Shown: one piece after another, positions 39,480 to 49,716 of the stretch
Position numbering within the stretch: position 1 is the first letter of the stretch
Layout of the letters: every line of letters begins with the position of its first letter
Assembly (NCBI GenBank): GCA_943787795.1
Contig: CALSNU010000004.1
Location: 544,001-608,000, forward strand
DNA: 64,000 bases
Reading direction: 5' to 3'
Origin: an uncultured bacterium
GTDB lineage: Bacteria; Planctomycetota; UBA1135; GCA-002686595
Notes under the pieces: model-generated
The model's input: the letters and a program-made list of their open reading frames with translations, nothing else
Databases searched by the model: none
Told to the model about the DNA's origin: nothing
Translations under genes and position numbers: made by a program

Positions 39480-39520
39480 AACGGACCCTCACGCTTCTGG
39501 CGCGAGGGTCCGTTTCTTTT
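39480..39520 (+). terminator. Intrinsic terminator after RRM gene
   Basis: AACGGACCCTC...GAGGGTCCGTT stem followed by TCTTTT. Confidence 0.8.
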
Positions 39521-39830
39521 GCCCTGTCCCGGGCGCATGCGTGATGCGGCGGCGGCCGCGTGACCGATGACCTCGGGCTCACGCTGTATCGAGCGGCGTC
39601 ATGAGCCCGTGGCCCGGGGTCGCCCTCCCCCAACTCCACGGCCGGGAGGCCTGAGGCGTCGAGGGCTGCCTGGGGGTGCGTCAGCGCGATAGCGCGGAGC
39701 GAACGGCGCTCCGGGGCAGCCTGGCGTTGAAGGCAGGGGGCCGGCTGCTCATCACGCGGCCTTCCCTGGAACGCAGGACGTCGCGCAGGGCCGAGGGCGG
39801 CTGCGCGACGTTGGGGCAGCGCTGCGCTGG

Positions 39831-41483
39831 CTACTGGAAGGTGACGAAGACCGCGTCCGTGAGGTTCGAGGTGATGGTCGGGTTCATGTCCCGGTACCAG
39901 GCCTGGAAGTACCACGTCTCTCCGGGCTGAACCGCGACCGGACCGGTCGGCTGGGTCATGGCAGCGAGGTCAACGGTCCCGCTGAAGGTGCCGGCCGCGC
40001 CGGAGGTGAGGATGCCGCCTCCAACCCCGCGGCCGATGCTGCCTCCGACGCAGAGGACGCCCTGGCAGTTGGGAGGAAACGGATGGAAGACTCGTGTCCT
40101 CGAGACGAAGAAGAACCCCGCCGAGTGCGGAGGGAGGTCTCGAGCGGTGATTGAGAGGTCCGCCTCGGCGACCTTCGGCGAGCCGAGCATCCCGATGTTG
40201 GCACTAGCGCCGATCGAGTTCTCCAGGCCATCCGAGCAGTAGCTGGTGCCGATCACCTCGCACTCATCGAGGATGCCGTCGGCGTCGAGGTCGAGGGTGG
40301 GGTCTAGCTCTCGCTCGATGGCGTCGCTGATGCCATTGGCGTTGCAGTCCAGCTGGTTGAGCAGGTTCTGGTACCAGGCGATCTTGTTGTCCCCAGCGCT
40401 CGCCGAGATGACGTCGATGTCGAGGTCGCCGTCCAGGTCTGCCGCGAACACCGCTCGACCGTTGAGGGCCTCGTCGGAGATCACGTTCGCGCCGCTGAAG
40501 GCCCCGCCCCCGAGGTTCTCGAACCAGGCCACGCGGTTGTCCGCGCGCCCGAGCGCGATCACATCGGCGTCGCCGTCGTTGTCCAGGTCCGCGGTGTAGG
40601 CGGAGCCGGGCCCGTCGAGGTCCGTGGCGATGTAGGCAGGGGCGTCGAAGCTGCCGCCGCCGAGGTTCTTGTACCAGGCCAGCCGGTCGTCCCAGGAGCT
40701 CGCCACGAGCACGTCCACGCGGAAGTCCCCGTCCACGTCCGTGGGGAAGATGGAGAGCACGCCGTCCGCCTCGGTGGTGATGACCTGCTTGGGTCCAAAG
40801 GTGCCTCCGCCGAAGTTCCTCCACCATGCGACGGTGTCGTCGATGAAGCTGCCGGCGATGATCTCCTCGAAGCCGTCGCCGTTCAGGTCGGCGGTGTAGA
40901 CCGAGATGGCGCCCTCGCAGTCGGTGGCGATCGGTATCCGGGGTCCGAAGCTCCCACCGCCGAGGTTCTCGAACCAGGCGATGGTGTTGTCCATGGCGCT
41001 CGCGGCGACGAGATCAAGGTCGGCGTCACCGTCAAGGTCCACTGCGTGGACGGAGCGAGCGCTGTCGGCGGTGTCCGTCAGGACCACGGCCGGGCCGAAC
41101 TGGCCGCCGCCGAGGTTCTCGTACCAGGCCACCGTGTCATCCAACGCGCTTGCCGAGACCACGTCGAGGTCGCCGTCGTTGTCAAAGTCCGCCGCCTCGA
41201 CCCACTGTGCGCCGTCTGCGTTGGCATTGATGACGTTTCGGGGCGAGAACACCCCGCCGCCGAGGTTCTCGTACCAGGCGATCGTGTCGTCGGCGCGACT
41301 CGCGGTGAGGAGGTCGACGATGCCATCACCGTTCAGGTCCGCCGCGAATACGTCGCGCGCGCTGGCGGCCTCGGCCTCCACCATGGTTGTGTCACCAAAG
41401 CTGGTCTGAGCAAGTCCCGGGGCGGCGAACGTGAGGGCGACCGCGGGCAGAATCGCGATGGAGGTCTTGAGGAGTTGGTTCAT
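39831..41483 (-). CDS. Secreted FG-GAP/VCBS repeat protein with DCNxNG Ca-binding-like motif and shared C-terminal domain
   Basis: Signal peptide; 7 repeats ADLDGDGDxDvxxAS..DxxiAWyeNLGGG; DCNANGISD...DADGILDECE; GETWYFQAWYRD...SNLTDAVFVTFQ. Confidence 0.9.
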   Translation of the reverse strand: MNQLLKTSIAILPAVALTFAAPGLAQTSFGDTTMVEAEAASARDVFAADLNGDGIVDLLTASRADDTIAWYENLGGGVFSPRNVINANADGAQWVEAADFDNDGDLDVVSASALDDTVAWYENLGGGQFGPAVVLTDTADSARSVHAVDLDGDADLDLVAASAMDNTIAWFENLGGGSFGPRIPIATDCEGAISVYTADLNGDGFEEIIAGSFIDDTVAWWRNFGGGTFGPKQVITTEADGVLSIFPTDVDGDFRVDVLVASSWDDRLAWYKNLGGGSFDAPAYIATDLDGPGSAYTADLDNDGDADVIALGRADNRVAWFENLGGGAFSGANVISDEALNGRAVFAADLDGDLDIDVISASAGDNKIAWYQNLLNQLDCNANGISDAIERELDPTLDLDADGILDECEVIGTSYCSDGLENSIGASANIGMLGSPKVAEADLSITARDLPPHSAGFFFVSRTRVFHPFPPNCQGVLCVGGSIGRGVGGGILTSGAAGTFSGTVDLAAMTQPTGPVAVQPGETWYFQAWYRDMNPTITSNLTDAVFVTFQ

Positions 41484-42030
41484 ATCGAGGCAGCGGCAGG
41501 GGGCAAACGCGGGTCAGCGCTAACCGATGTAGGTGTAGACACCTAAGGGTATACACGTACCCCGACGGCCTCAGGGAGGACATTTGTGTGTCGACACTGC
41601 GATCTGGCCCCTAAGGCGCCTCGCTCCATCGGGTTAGCTGCGCAACATTCAGCCCCGGTTGCTCTCAGACTGAGCCCGAGTCGGCCCCCCCCTCTCTCCC
41701 TCCCGCAGCGGGGCCACAGGTCCAGATCGAGGCCGTTCCGGGCCCCAAGCCTTGGTCTCCGGGTGTGCCCCGGGTCGTAGAGGAGGCGTCGGCTAGCGGT
41801 CGCGGTCTGACTGGGCGGTCTTCGGCCGGAACCCGGCGTGCCCCCACCGCAGCAGTTGCGGGTGAAGAAGTTGCCTTCTAGCCTCGGCATGGCGCGGCGC
41901 GGCGTCTCCGGTCCCTGCCCTGGCCGTGCCCTGGCCGTGCCCCGTCCGTCGCCCTGATCCCCCCTTCGCTCCAAGGCCCCGCTGCCTCGCCGAAGGGCCG
42001 CTTGGACCCGTTGCCCGCGGGAGAACCACC

Positions 42031-42774
42031 ATGTCCATCACTCTCTTGGCCCTCGGGCTCCTCTCGCCCCCCGCGGCTCCCGCCTCGCTCGACGCCAGCT
42101 GGTGGAACACATGGGGCACTCTGATCTCATGCAACGGGGTGCTCCATCTGGAGTACATCACCGGAAGCGGCCCGATCGTTGTCGAACTCGCCTTCACCGC
42201 GTCCTTCCAGGAGGGGGATCAGGTGTACGTGATCGGTGTTGGAGGCAGCGGGGGGACGACCCTGTGCAGTCCTGAGCGAGTGGACTACATGACCATCAGC
42301 GACTTCGAGCCGATCGTCGCGACCTGCCCATGCACCCCCGCGATCTCCTGTAGCGGAACCGGCGCGCCCTATGGCTGCCCGAACTCCACCGGACAGGGGG
42401 GCCTGCTCGGATACGACGGCGCCCCGACAGTCGGCTCGTCGTTCTTTCGGCTCGACCTCTACGCCAGCCGCTTGCCGGCCGGCAGTCTCGGCCTCGTCTT
42501 CATGGGGAACGCGGGGGCTCCGCCTTCGACCATGGGGGACGGCCTCCTCTGCGTGGGCGGGCCGGTCCTGCAGCGCTTTCCACCGCGGGTGGCCGACGCC
42601 TCAGGTCGACTCGCCGAGCTCGACGTCTCCGGGACGAGCGCTGGCTTCCACCCCTCGGCGCGAATCGTGATCGGGTCCACCTGGCACTTCCAGTGCGCCT
42701 ACAGGGACCTGAACGGCCCCTGCGGCGGCGGGTTCAACCTGACGAATGGGCTGCAGGTGACGTTCCTTCGCTGA
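42031..42774 (+). CDS. Small secreted protein consisting largely of the shared C-terminal domain
   Basis: Signal peptide MSITLLALGLL; GCPNSTG, GDGLLCVGG, GSTWHFQCAYRD...FNLTNGLQVTF. Confidence 0.8.
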   Translation: MSITLLALGLLSPPAAPASLDASWWNTWGTLISCNGVLHLEYITGSGPIVVELAFTASFQEGDQVYVIGVGGSGGTTLCSPERVDYMTISDFEPIVATCPCTPAISCSGTGAPYGCPNSTGQGGLLGYDGAPTVGSSFFRLDLYASRLPAGSLGLVFMGNAGAPPSTMGDGLLCVGGPVLQRFPPRVADASGRLAELDVSGTSAGFHPSARIVIGSTWHFQCAYRDLNGPCGGGFNLTNGLQVTFLR

Positions 42775-42833
42775 GGGGCGCCCGCCGAATCGCTGCCCCT
42801 TGGGAAGGCCTCGCTGGAGCCTTCTCGTTGGAC

Positions 42834-42931
42834 TGGATCCCGCCGGCTGGATCCCGCTGATTCGACCCAGCTGATTGGACCCAGCCGATTGGACCCGGCT
42901 GTGTGGACCCAGCCGTGTGGACCCAGCCGTG
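42834..42931. repeat. Degenerate 14-bp tandem repeat x7 (TGGACCCAGCCGTG-like) between convergent genes
   Basis: Read directly from sequence. Confidence 0.85.
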
Positions 42932-42998
42932 GGGAAGCGGCGCACGCCCGACAGCGAGGGTCCCCTCCAGCGAGGGCATCGCCCCACGCCGAGGCGGG

Positions 42999-43523
42999 TC
43001 AAGCACCCTTCGGCGGTTGACCGTGGAAGGCTCGAGCCGCCGGAGCGGGGTTGCCCACCAGCTTGCGCAGGAGTGTGACCTGACCCACATGGTGGAGCGC
43101 GTCGGCCCAGGGACCGTTGATCAGGTAGCCCGCGCCAAAGACGGGCTCAGGGGCGCCGGCCAACAGCGTGGCCTCCGCCAGGGCGCGAGGGTCCCGGCGG
43201 ATGACCCCGATGGTGGCGCTGAGATCCTCGAGGATCTCGAGGTACGCCAGCGGATGACGGTTGTCCGTGACGTTCCCAGGCCAGCTTGCCTGGCCGTTCT
43301 CCACGGCGCTGCGGCCCCATCGCACCAGTGCGGTGAGGTGCGCGAGTTGATCCCCGATGGACCAGGCGCCTGGGACTGGCTTCGCGTCGCAGTCCGCCTC
43401 GGCGAGGCCCTCACAGGCCCAACGGAGCCGGAAGCCGAGGCCCTGAAGGAGCCGGACGACACCCTCGACACCGTCGGTCGGGTTACTCGGAGCGGGAAGA
43501 GAATCGAACGGAGTCGTGACCAT
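42999..43523 (-). CDS. DinB/YfiT-like four-helix metalloprotein
   Basis: P..WSIGDQLAHL and DALHHVGQVTLLRKLVG motifs. Confidence 0.75.
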   Translation of the reverse strand: MVTTPFDSLPAPSNPTDGVEGVVRLLQGLGFRLRWACEGLAEADCDAKPVPGAWSIGDQLAHLTALVRWGRSAVENGQASWPGNVTDNRHPLAYLEILEDLSATIGVIRRDPRALAEATLLAGAPEPVFGAGYLINGPWADALHHVGQVTLLRKLVGNPAPAARAFHGQPPKGA

Positions 43524-44028
43524 CACGAGTCGGGGCAACGGGAATCAGAGCGGCGAGCGGGCGGGCAGGCGGTGAAGGCCTTGAGCCCCAAGAAAGGGGC
43601 CGCCGGCCCACCCAAGATGCCACCGGCCCGAGACGAGTACAGCCACCCAGCTTCCCCACAAAGGTCTGGGGTCTTCCCCCCCCCGATCGGCCGTAGCTTC
43701 CGCACCTCTCCGTCAGCCACGACGCGTTCGTTCCCCTGTGAAGGTCAACCCTTGCAGCTCAGCGGGGCTCGGCGGATTCCCCACTCGCGGGAGCAACCGT
43801 GAACCCAGGTCGGCGTGCTCGCCCCGGCGTCGCCTCCGCGCGATGCCGTCGTGCCCCGCCGGCCCGGGCGCTCCCCCCAAGCCTCGACCCAGCGAGGGCT
43901 CAGCGGACCTTCCCTGGGCCGCCCATCTCCCGTCCCTTTTGTCCCCCTTCACCCCCCAGCGAGCCCCTGCTCCGCCATGTCGCAGCTCGGATCGCTGATC
44001 GACTGCCTTCAGCGCCGCGGCTGGTCCG

Positions 44029-45282
44029 TCAGGGGGCGTCCGAATCGCTGGAGAGTTTGGACAGCTCGATTCGGAGGGCCTCCACATCCTCGGCCTCCAG
44101 CGGGGGCGGGTAGTGGTGCCAGGCCGCTCCGTTGAGCATGTCGCTTCGACCCCGTTCGAACAGCGCGGTCATGTGGACCGGATCGAACGGCTCGGACGGC
44201 TCGACGTCGAAGTCGAAGGGAATCCACGCGAGCTGGAAGTCGAATCCGTCTCGGAGCGCGGTCATCCAGATCCGATAGAGGTCCCCGATCCCGTTACTTC
44301 GAATCAAGCCAGAGATCGACCGACCCGTGATCTCGAAGAGCTTCCTCCCCACCTGCTCGTGCCGAAAGACCAGCGGCGCATTGCGGATCACCCAGACCGT
44401 CGGCGAGCCCTCGCTGCTCGCCTCGAAGAGGCCCGAGTCTCGGAGCCGGAGCGCGGCCGGATAGGTGAAGACCTGGGCAGAGATGCCTCCGTCGACGTGC
44501 ATCTCGTCGTACTCACGACCGTCCGGGGTCACGACATCGATCATCACCGGCGGGAAGATGCCCGGAATTGACGCGGAAGCGAAGATGATGTCGAGAGCGA
44601 GCTCACGGCCGCCTGGGATGTTCTCCGCGGCGATGGCGCTCAAGCACCAGTAGGTCGCCTCCATGCGGTCGAGGTTCGTGGTCCCGACGTAGAGGCGCCT
44701 CCCCTTCAGGTGCTCCTCCCCCATCTGCCGGAAGGCCTCTTCATCAAAGTGAGTGGCGACGAGCGCCCGGAGGCCGTCCGGATCGGCCAGTGCGTCGCCG
44801 GTCAGGCCCTTGAGCAGCCCACGCTCGGTGACGAGCTCGCTGGTGCTGAGGGTGGTGTAGCAGGCCTTGATATCCTCGTCGTAGTCAGCCCCGAGGAAAG
44901 CGAACGGTGCGGTGAGCGCCCCGGTCGAGACCCCCGTGACCACGTTGAACATCGGGCGGGTCCCAAGCTCGGACCAGCCGGAGAGGAGCCCGCCGCCGTA
45001 CGCGCCGTTCTCGCCCCCCCCGGAGATGGCGAGCACCGTGATCGGCGCCTGGTCTAGCCCGCTCGCGCGCATCTGATCCAAGAGGAGTGCCATGCGTTTC
45101 TGCACGGCGGGGTCATCGGCCCCGACCTCGCCGGTGATTCGCCAGGACTCCATGCCAAGGGGGTGCACGTCACGGATGTCCTCGTACGGCACAGGCCTGC
45201 GCTTGGGCGACGAGCAGCCGACGGCGAGCGCAGCGAGAACGAGAACAGCCAGGGATGCGGCAATCGACGGGGTCCGAGGCAT
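44029..45282 (-). CDS. Patatin-like phospholipase lipoprotein
   Basis: Lipobox LAVGC; SGGGENGAYG, GVSTG nucleophile elbow, ASASIPGIFPP, VDGG. Confidence 0.92.
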   Translation of the reverse strand: MPRTPSIAASLAVLVLAALAVGCSSPKRRPVPYEDIRDVHPLGMESWRITGEVGADDPAVQKRMALLLDQMRASGLDQAPITVLAISGGGENGAYGGGLLSGWSELGTRPMFNVVTGVSTGALTAPFAFLGADYDEDIKACYTTLSTSELVTERGLLKGLTGDALADPDGLRALVATHFDEEAFRQMGEEHLKGRRLYVGTTNLDRMEATYWCLSAIAAENIPGGRELALDIIFASASIPGIFPPVMIDVVTPDGREYDEMHVDGGISAQVFTYPAALRLRDSGLFEASSEGSPTVWVIRNAPLVFRHEQVGRKLFEITGRSISGLIRSNGIGDLYRIWMTALRDGFDFQLAWIPFDFDVEPSEPFDPVHMTALFERGRSDMLNGAAWHHYPPPLEAEDVEALRIELSKLSSDSDAP

Positions 45283-45938
45283 TGGATCTTGGTGGATGCT
45301 TGGTAGATGAGGGTTGCGAGCTCGCGCAGACACGCCCGGGCTCAACCGGACGCAGCGCGGAGACGTTATCCCTCGCACCCGCGTCGTGTCGAGGCCCAGC
45401 GAGGGCAGCGCGCAGCCAGATCGCCGCCCGGAGCCGCCCTGCTTTGACCCCCGACGAGCCCACGCTCCGCCAGGTCGTCGCCTTGGGTCACGCTTCGGCC
45501 GGCGACGTCGCGCCCCCGGGCGTCTCGGATCCCGTTGGGCCACGGGATGTCGTGGCCGACGCTGCGCCTCGCCGGCATGCGCATCGATCCCCTGGGCGCC
45601 GCGCGCTTCACGACCAGCTTCGGCACCCGGGGGGGGTCCTCTCGGCGCTGATCGACGGGGACATGGAGGGGACCCCCGGCGCGGAGGCCCAGCTCCCTGG
45701 CGGCGCCCGGGTCGTTCGCGCCCGCATCACCCACGCCCCAGTGGGCCCCTGGGCGGGCGTGGAGGGCGCGCACGCCGAGATGTGGATAACTCCAAGGCGA
45801 GCCCAAGGTCCGTACCCCGAATCACTGAATTTCCAACCACCGGGGTGCGACGCCCCGTCCAGGGTGCCTTCAGCCTGATTCCGGGAGCAAAGTCCGCCCG
45901 ATCTGTCCCACGGACACCTCGCTGATACCTTCTGGGTC

Positions 45939-46475
45939 ATGGCGTCCCAGGAAGCCAATGCGTTGAGGCGCACCGGTGTCACGTGGGGTCCCCCCGGGTC
46001 CGACGATGAAGCCGTGCTCGCGTGGGCGGCGCTCAAGGAGAGCGTGGAGCGCGTGCTCTTCGACGCCGCGGCCCTGGGGCCGATCCCCTGCCTCGCCCGG
46101 CTGGCCCTCGAGGACCTGGGTGACGCGAGGGAACTCTGCTCCCTGGACGACGAGCCCCTCCACGGGCGCTGGGAGCGGGCCATCCGCCGCCAGATCCTCC
46201 GCTTCTCCACCCAGCCCCTCGCCTTCCAGGACCCCACCGTCGAGCCCTTCCTCACGAGTTGCACCACGGCCTTCGACCTGGAGCAGGACCGCGCCGAGGA
46301 GCTCATCCAGCGCTTCCACGGCCTCGGCGAGGCCCACCGCTTCGGCCTCTTCCTCCACCTCGAGGCCCGCGAGCCCTTCCGCTACCTCGCCCGACAGATC
46401 GAGACCAACCAGACCCCCCGTCCCCTCACGCCCCCCGACGAGGCCCTGAGCGATCTCATGGCCCAGATGAGGTGA
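45939..46475 (+). CDS. Hypothetical protein, possibly degenerate ECF-sigma-like (region-4-like C-terminus)
   Basis: Host-like codon usage; FHGLGEAHRFGLFLHLEAREPFRYLARQI resembles the L..L...R..f.l...eg.s..eiA sigma4 pattern. Confidence 0.5.
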   Translation: MASQEANALRRTGVTWGPPGSDDEAVLAWAALKESVERVLFDAAALGPIPCLARLALEDLGDARELCSLDDEPLHGRWERAIRRQILRFSTQPLAFQDPTVEPFLTSCTTAFDLEQDRAEELIQRFHGLGEAHRFGLFLHLEAREPFRYLARQIETNQTPRPLTPPDEALSDLMAQMR

Positions 46476-46480
46476 ACGAG

Positions 46481-47254
46481 ATGAAGTACGACTCCGGCCC
46501 CCCCACGGCGACCCTCGCCAACACGACCCACCGGCTGCGCCAGCTCCTCGAGACACGCCCCGCCCGCGGCGCGAAGGACGAGCGCATCCGCGAACTTGAC
46601 CGCGGTCTACGCACATACGCCGAGGGCCACCCGAGGGCGTCGCAGATCATGTTGGACCCCTCATCCGCCTACGACGCGGTCTGGCAGTGTGGGGCGGACT
46701 TTCGTCCAGAGATCGAGCCTTCACGCATGACCACGAAGGAAGCGTCCCACCGGGGCGCCCAAGAGCTGATTGAGTTGAGGGGTGATGTCGACTCCTACCT
46801 GATGGCCAGCCTCATCGCGATCCTCAACGGGGACCTGAAGCGCAATCGCGACTGGATCAGGGAAGGGCTCTCGACCCACGGGCAACATGGCTATGCCGCG
46901 ATGCTCTTGCTCCAAGCAGGGCACAGCGAGCAACTTGGCGGTCGACTCGAACGATCCCTCGAGTCGTACCGCACCGCGACGGCAACCCCGGTGGCTGCTC
47001 CGCGGCGATCTGCGCTCGCGGCGGGGGCGTTCGCCGCGGCGGCCAGCGGCCGAGAAGGTGATCTCGACTGGTTCCTCCAGCGAATGTCGGATGAGGATCA
47101 GGAACATCAGCTGGCCGTACTGATGCGCGTTGCCAGGCTCCGGCAGCGTCGACTTGGCCAGGCCTCCGTCAGCCGTAGCTACCGCCTGATGCACCAACGC
47201 AGTTGCGACATCGGGGGTTCTTCCAAATGGGCAATCCAACTCGACCTGTCATGA
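46481..47254 (+). CDS. Hypothetical helical, TPR-like protein
   Basis: GAGGTG RBS, ATG 5 nt after upstream stop; LLLQAGHSEQLGGRLERSLESYRTA is a TPR-like helix pair. Confidence 0.6.
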   Translation: MKYDSGPPTATLANTTHRLRQLLETRPARGAKDERIRELDRGLRTYAEGHPRASQIMLDPSSAYDAVWQCGADFRPEIEPSRMTTKEASHRGAQELIELRGDVDSYLMASLIAILNGDLKRNRDWIREGLSTHGQHGYAAMLLLQAGHSEQLGGRLERSLESYRTATATPVAAPRRSALAAGAFAAAASGREGDLDWFLQRMSDEDQEHQLAVLMRVARLRQRRLGQASVSRSYRLMHQRSCDIGGSSKWAIQLDLS

Positions 47255-47535
47255 TCCAACGATCCGACCACCACATTTCGACGAGAACATCTACGGTTCC
47301 GTGGGGACCCGTCATGACGCTTCATATCTCAAATCGCGCGAGACGCCAATGCTTGCTGGCACTGCTCTGCGTCGCAGCGGCCATCTTAGGGCAAAGCGAT
47401 TCGGCCCTCGCTAGCCGCTCTGGCCCGACGCCTTCCGTGATGACCTCGCCGGTGGGCGGAAGTTCGGGTGGAGGGATTCGAGGCATCCAAAAGCAACCGC
47501 AACGAGGCGCCCCGGAGACGACGTCTCCTGGCTAG
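47251..47535 (+). CDS. Small putative secreted peptide (alternative start 47314)
   Basis: ATGA overlap with upstream gene; RARR + hydrophobic core + ALA cleavage site; mature part SRSGPTPSVMTSPVGGSSGGGIRGIQKQPQRG... Confidence 0.55.
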   Translation: MIQRSDHHISTRTSTVPWGPVMTLHISNRARRQCLLALLCVAAAILGQSDSALASRSGPTPSVMTSPVGGSSGGGIRGIQKQPQRGAPETTSPG

Positions 47536-47552
47536 GCATTCGGACCCACCGA

Positions 47553-49686
47553 ATGATGCAACGCTCCGCCCTTGCCGTCGGTGCCGCAGCAGTTGTGGCG
47601 TACTTCTCCCTGGCGACCTTCGCGCCATCGCACAAAGACCGAGTTGGAGACACTCCATCCGCCAGTCCTGCTGCCTGGCCAGAGTACGAGCCGAGTCGTA
47701 GCCAGAACCCAACTCAAGCGGGTGAGGTCAGCATAACTCTTCTCGAGGACATCACCGAGGGGAGCGCCAAGTCCCGAGCGGCCATTGCAGCGGACAAGGC
47801 GAGTGGAAGGGCGACTCCCCAGACCTTGAACCCTGAACGGGTCGTGGCGCAGTTCACGGTCCGGTCCCTGACTTCACGTCCCTTCACCGGTCAGATCGCC
47901 CTCCTTCTGGAAGGAGCCGAAGCCCCGGTCGTGACTCCAGCGCCGGAGCCGGGAGACACCGCCGAATTCCGAGTCGCGCCAGGCGAGTACACCGCGTGGG
48001 TCCAGTCGGAGTCGGGCATCCGTGGCCCCGCACAGCTTCTGACGATCAGTGATCGCTCCACCCCCACGGAGTTGGAGGCGCCCCTGATCTTCGAGGTCCT
48101 GGTCCCCCTCGTGGACGCCTCGACTCGAGAGCCGCTGCCAGGCGCCACCGTCCAGTTCCATCGCTCGGACTCCGGTGCAGGAGGTGGCGAGTCCACGACG
48201 CTCCAGGCTCGATCGAATGACGCCGGCCTCGCTCGTCTGGAGGGCGTGACGCCGGGCGACTGGACGATCACGGCCGACTCCAGCAGTCACTGGGCCGTCG
48301 CCCTCGACTTGAGCTTCGACCCAGATCAGGTCTCTCGGCTCGGCACGACCGAGTTGGATTCGCTCAAGATGTACCCACGCACCGAGAAGGTCTTCCGGCT
48401 GACCTCCAGCGATGCAGGCCTCGACCCGACCAGCTATTCGGTGTCTTACGACGCCGACTGGGAAGGGACTGCTGTTCAATTCAGCGCCAGCGGAATGGCT
48501 ACGCTTTCCCTCGGGCGGTATCACCTGCCGCTATATGTGAAGCTCCGCCACCCATCCCCGTCCAAAGGCGCTCAGTTTCGGTATCTCGACGAGGACGATG
48601 TAGAGAACGGCGAGGAGTATATCTGGCACCTCGACGGACCCCAGACTCTGGAGGTCACCCTCGAGTTCGCGGAGGGGGTCGAGGAGTTGATCGGCGATCA
48701 GCTCATGTGGCTTCCCGCCAACTTCCGTGACTCGAGCGGGAACATTGGCTTCGCGACGTACGACGTCAGTGGCCCCGGGGTCTACTCGTTCCCGATGGTC
48801 CGAGGGTCAGACGCCACCGTGGCCTTCAACGTTGGCGATTCATCGACTTGGGCCGCTATGAGCGTTGGCCTCGCGAGCGAAGGGCTGACGTCCTGCACGC
48901 TGCGAGTGGAGCAACCACCTCAGATGCTCCGTATCCGGGACGGTTCTGGCGCTCCGGTATCCTCATTCTGGGTCAACATGTATGCGGATGGCGATCCCTC
49001 TGGCTGGAGTGCGTTTGGAACAAGCGACGAATCTGGGTCTATACCCCTTCCGCGTATCCAGAACCGAGATGCACGAATAAGTGGTTCCGGAATCCACGAA
49101 GGGCTCGACTACTACTGCATCGACATCCCCCTTGCCTTGGGAGGCCCAGTGAAGGCGGAGGACTCTGGAACACCCCTCCCCGGGGCCGAGCTCCGATTGA
49201 CGCCTGCGACGGAGACCTTCTTTGAAGCTCGGGGCCAGGCCGAATCCATGCGAGGTCTGGACTTCGAGCTTCAGAACCGCAGCAACGGCGATACACACTT
49301 CCTGTTCCGAAGTAGCCCAGAGGGGAAGACGCCTCCATTCCAGCTCGTCGACGGCAGCCAGGCGATGGTCCACGTCGTCTCCGACCGGCGGTCACTGGAC
49401 CCCCACGCCGGTCTTCGAACTCAAGCCGGGTCGTAACGAGGTGGAGGTGCACGACTCGGGGCAGCTCAACATCTCGTCCGAGGCGCTGCTCGATCGGGTG
49501 ATGTCGGTGCGGTACGGCGTGCCCGTGAGCACCTGGCGGGCCCAGGACAACCTCTTCCAGCTCACCACCAAGAACGGCGTCCTGCGCTACCGCACCCCGG
49601 TCGGGGACTACGACGTGACCATGCCCGACGGCTCCGTCGAGCGCATCACCCTGACCAAGTTCCAGGAAGTCTCCGCCGGCATCTGA
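47553..49686 (+). CDS. Large exported beta-sandwich protein with carboxypeptidase-regulatory-like domains; frameshift at ~49380
   Basis: N-terminal signal/anchor; VDASTREPLPGATV...SNDAGLARLEGVTPGDWTI and RDGSGAPV...SDESG repeats; alternate frame continues HWTPTPVFELKPGRNEVEV to stop 49686. Confidence 0.7.
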
Positions 49687-49716
49687 GAGCTGGCCGGGGC
49701 GGCGACGGGACTCGGG

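Noticed and set aside
41495..41530. c-di-GMP-I riboswitch (GGGCAAAC)
   Set aside because: No GAAA-tetraloop stem or GACGCAAAG follow-on, and wrong strand for the adjacent gene
42834..42931. 14-bp repeats as iterons or CRISPR
   Set aside because: No spacers, no rep gene, degenerate units in a convergent intergenic gap
45781..45789. DnaA box as oriC
   Set aside because: Single box, no AT-rich unwinding element, no dnaA/dnaN/gidA context
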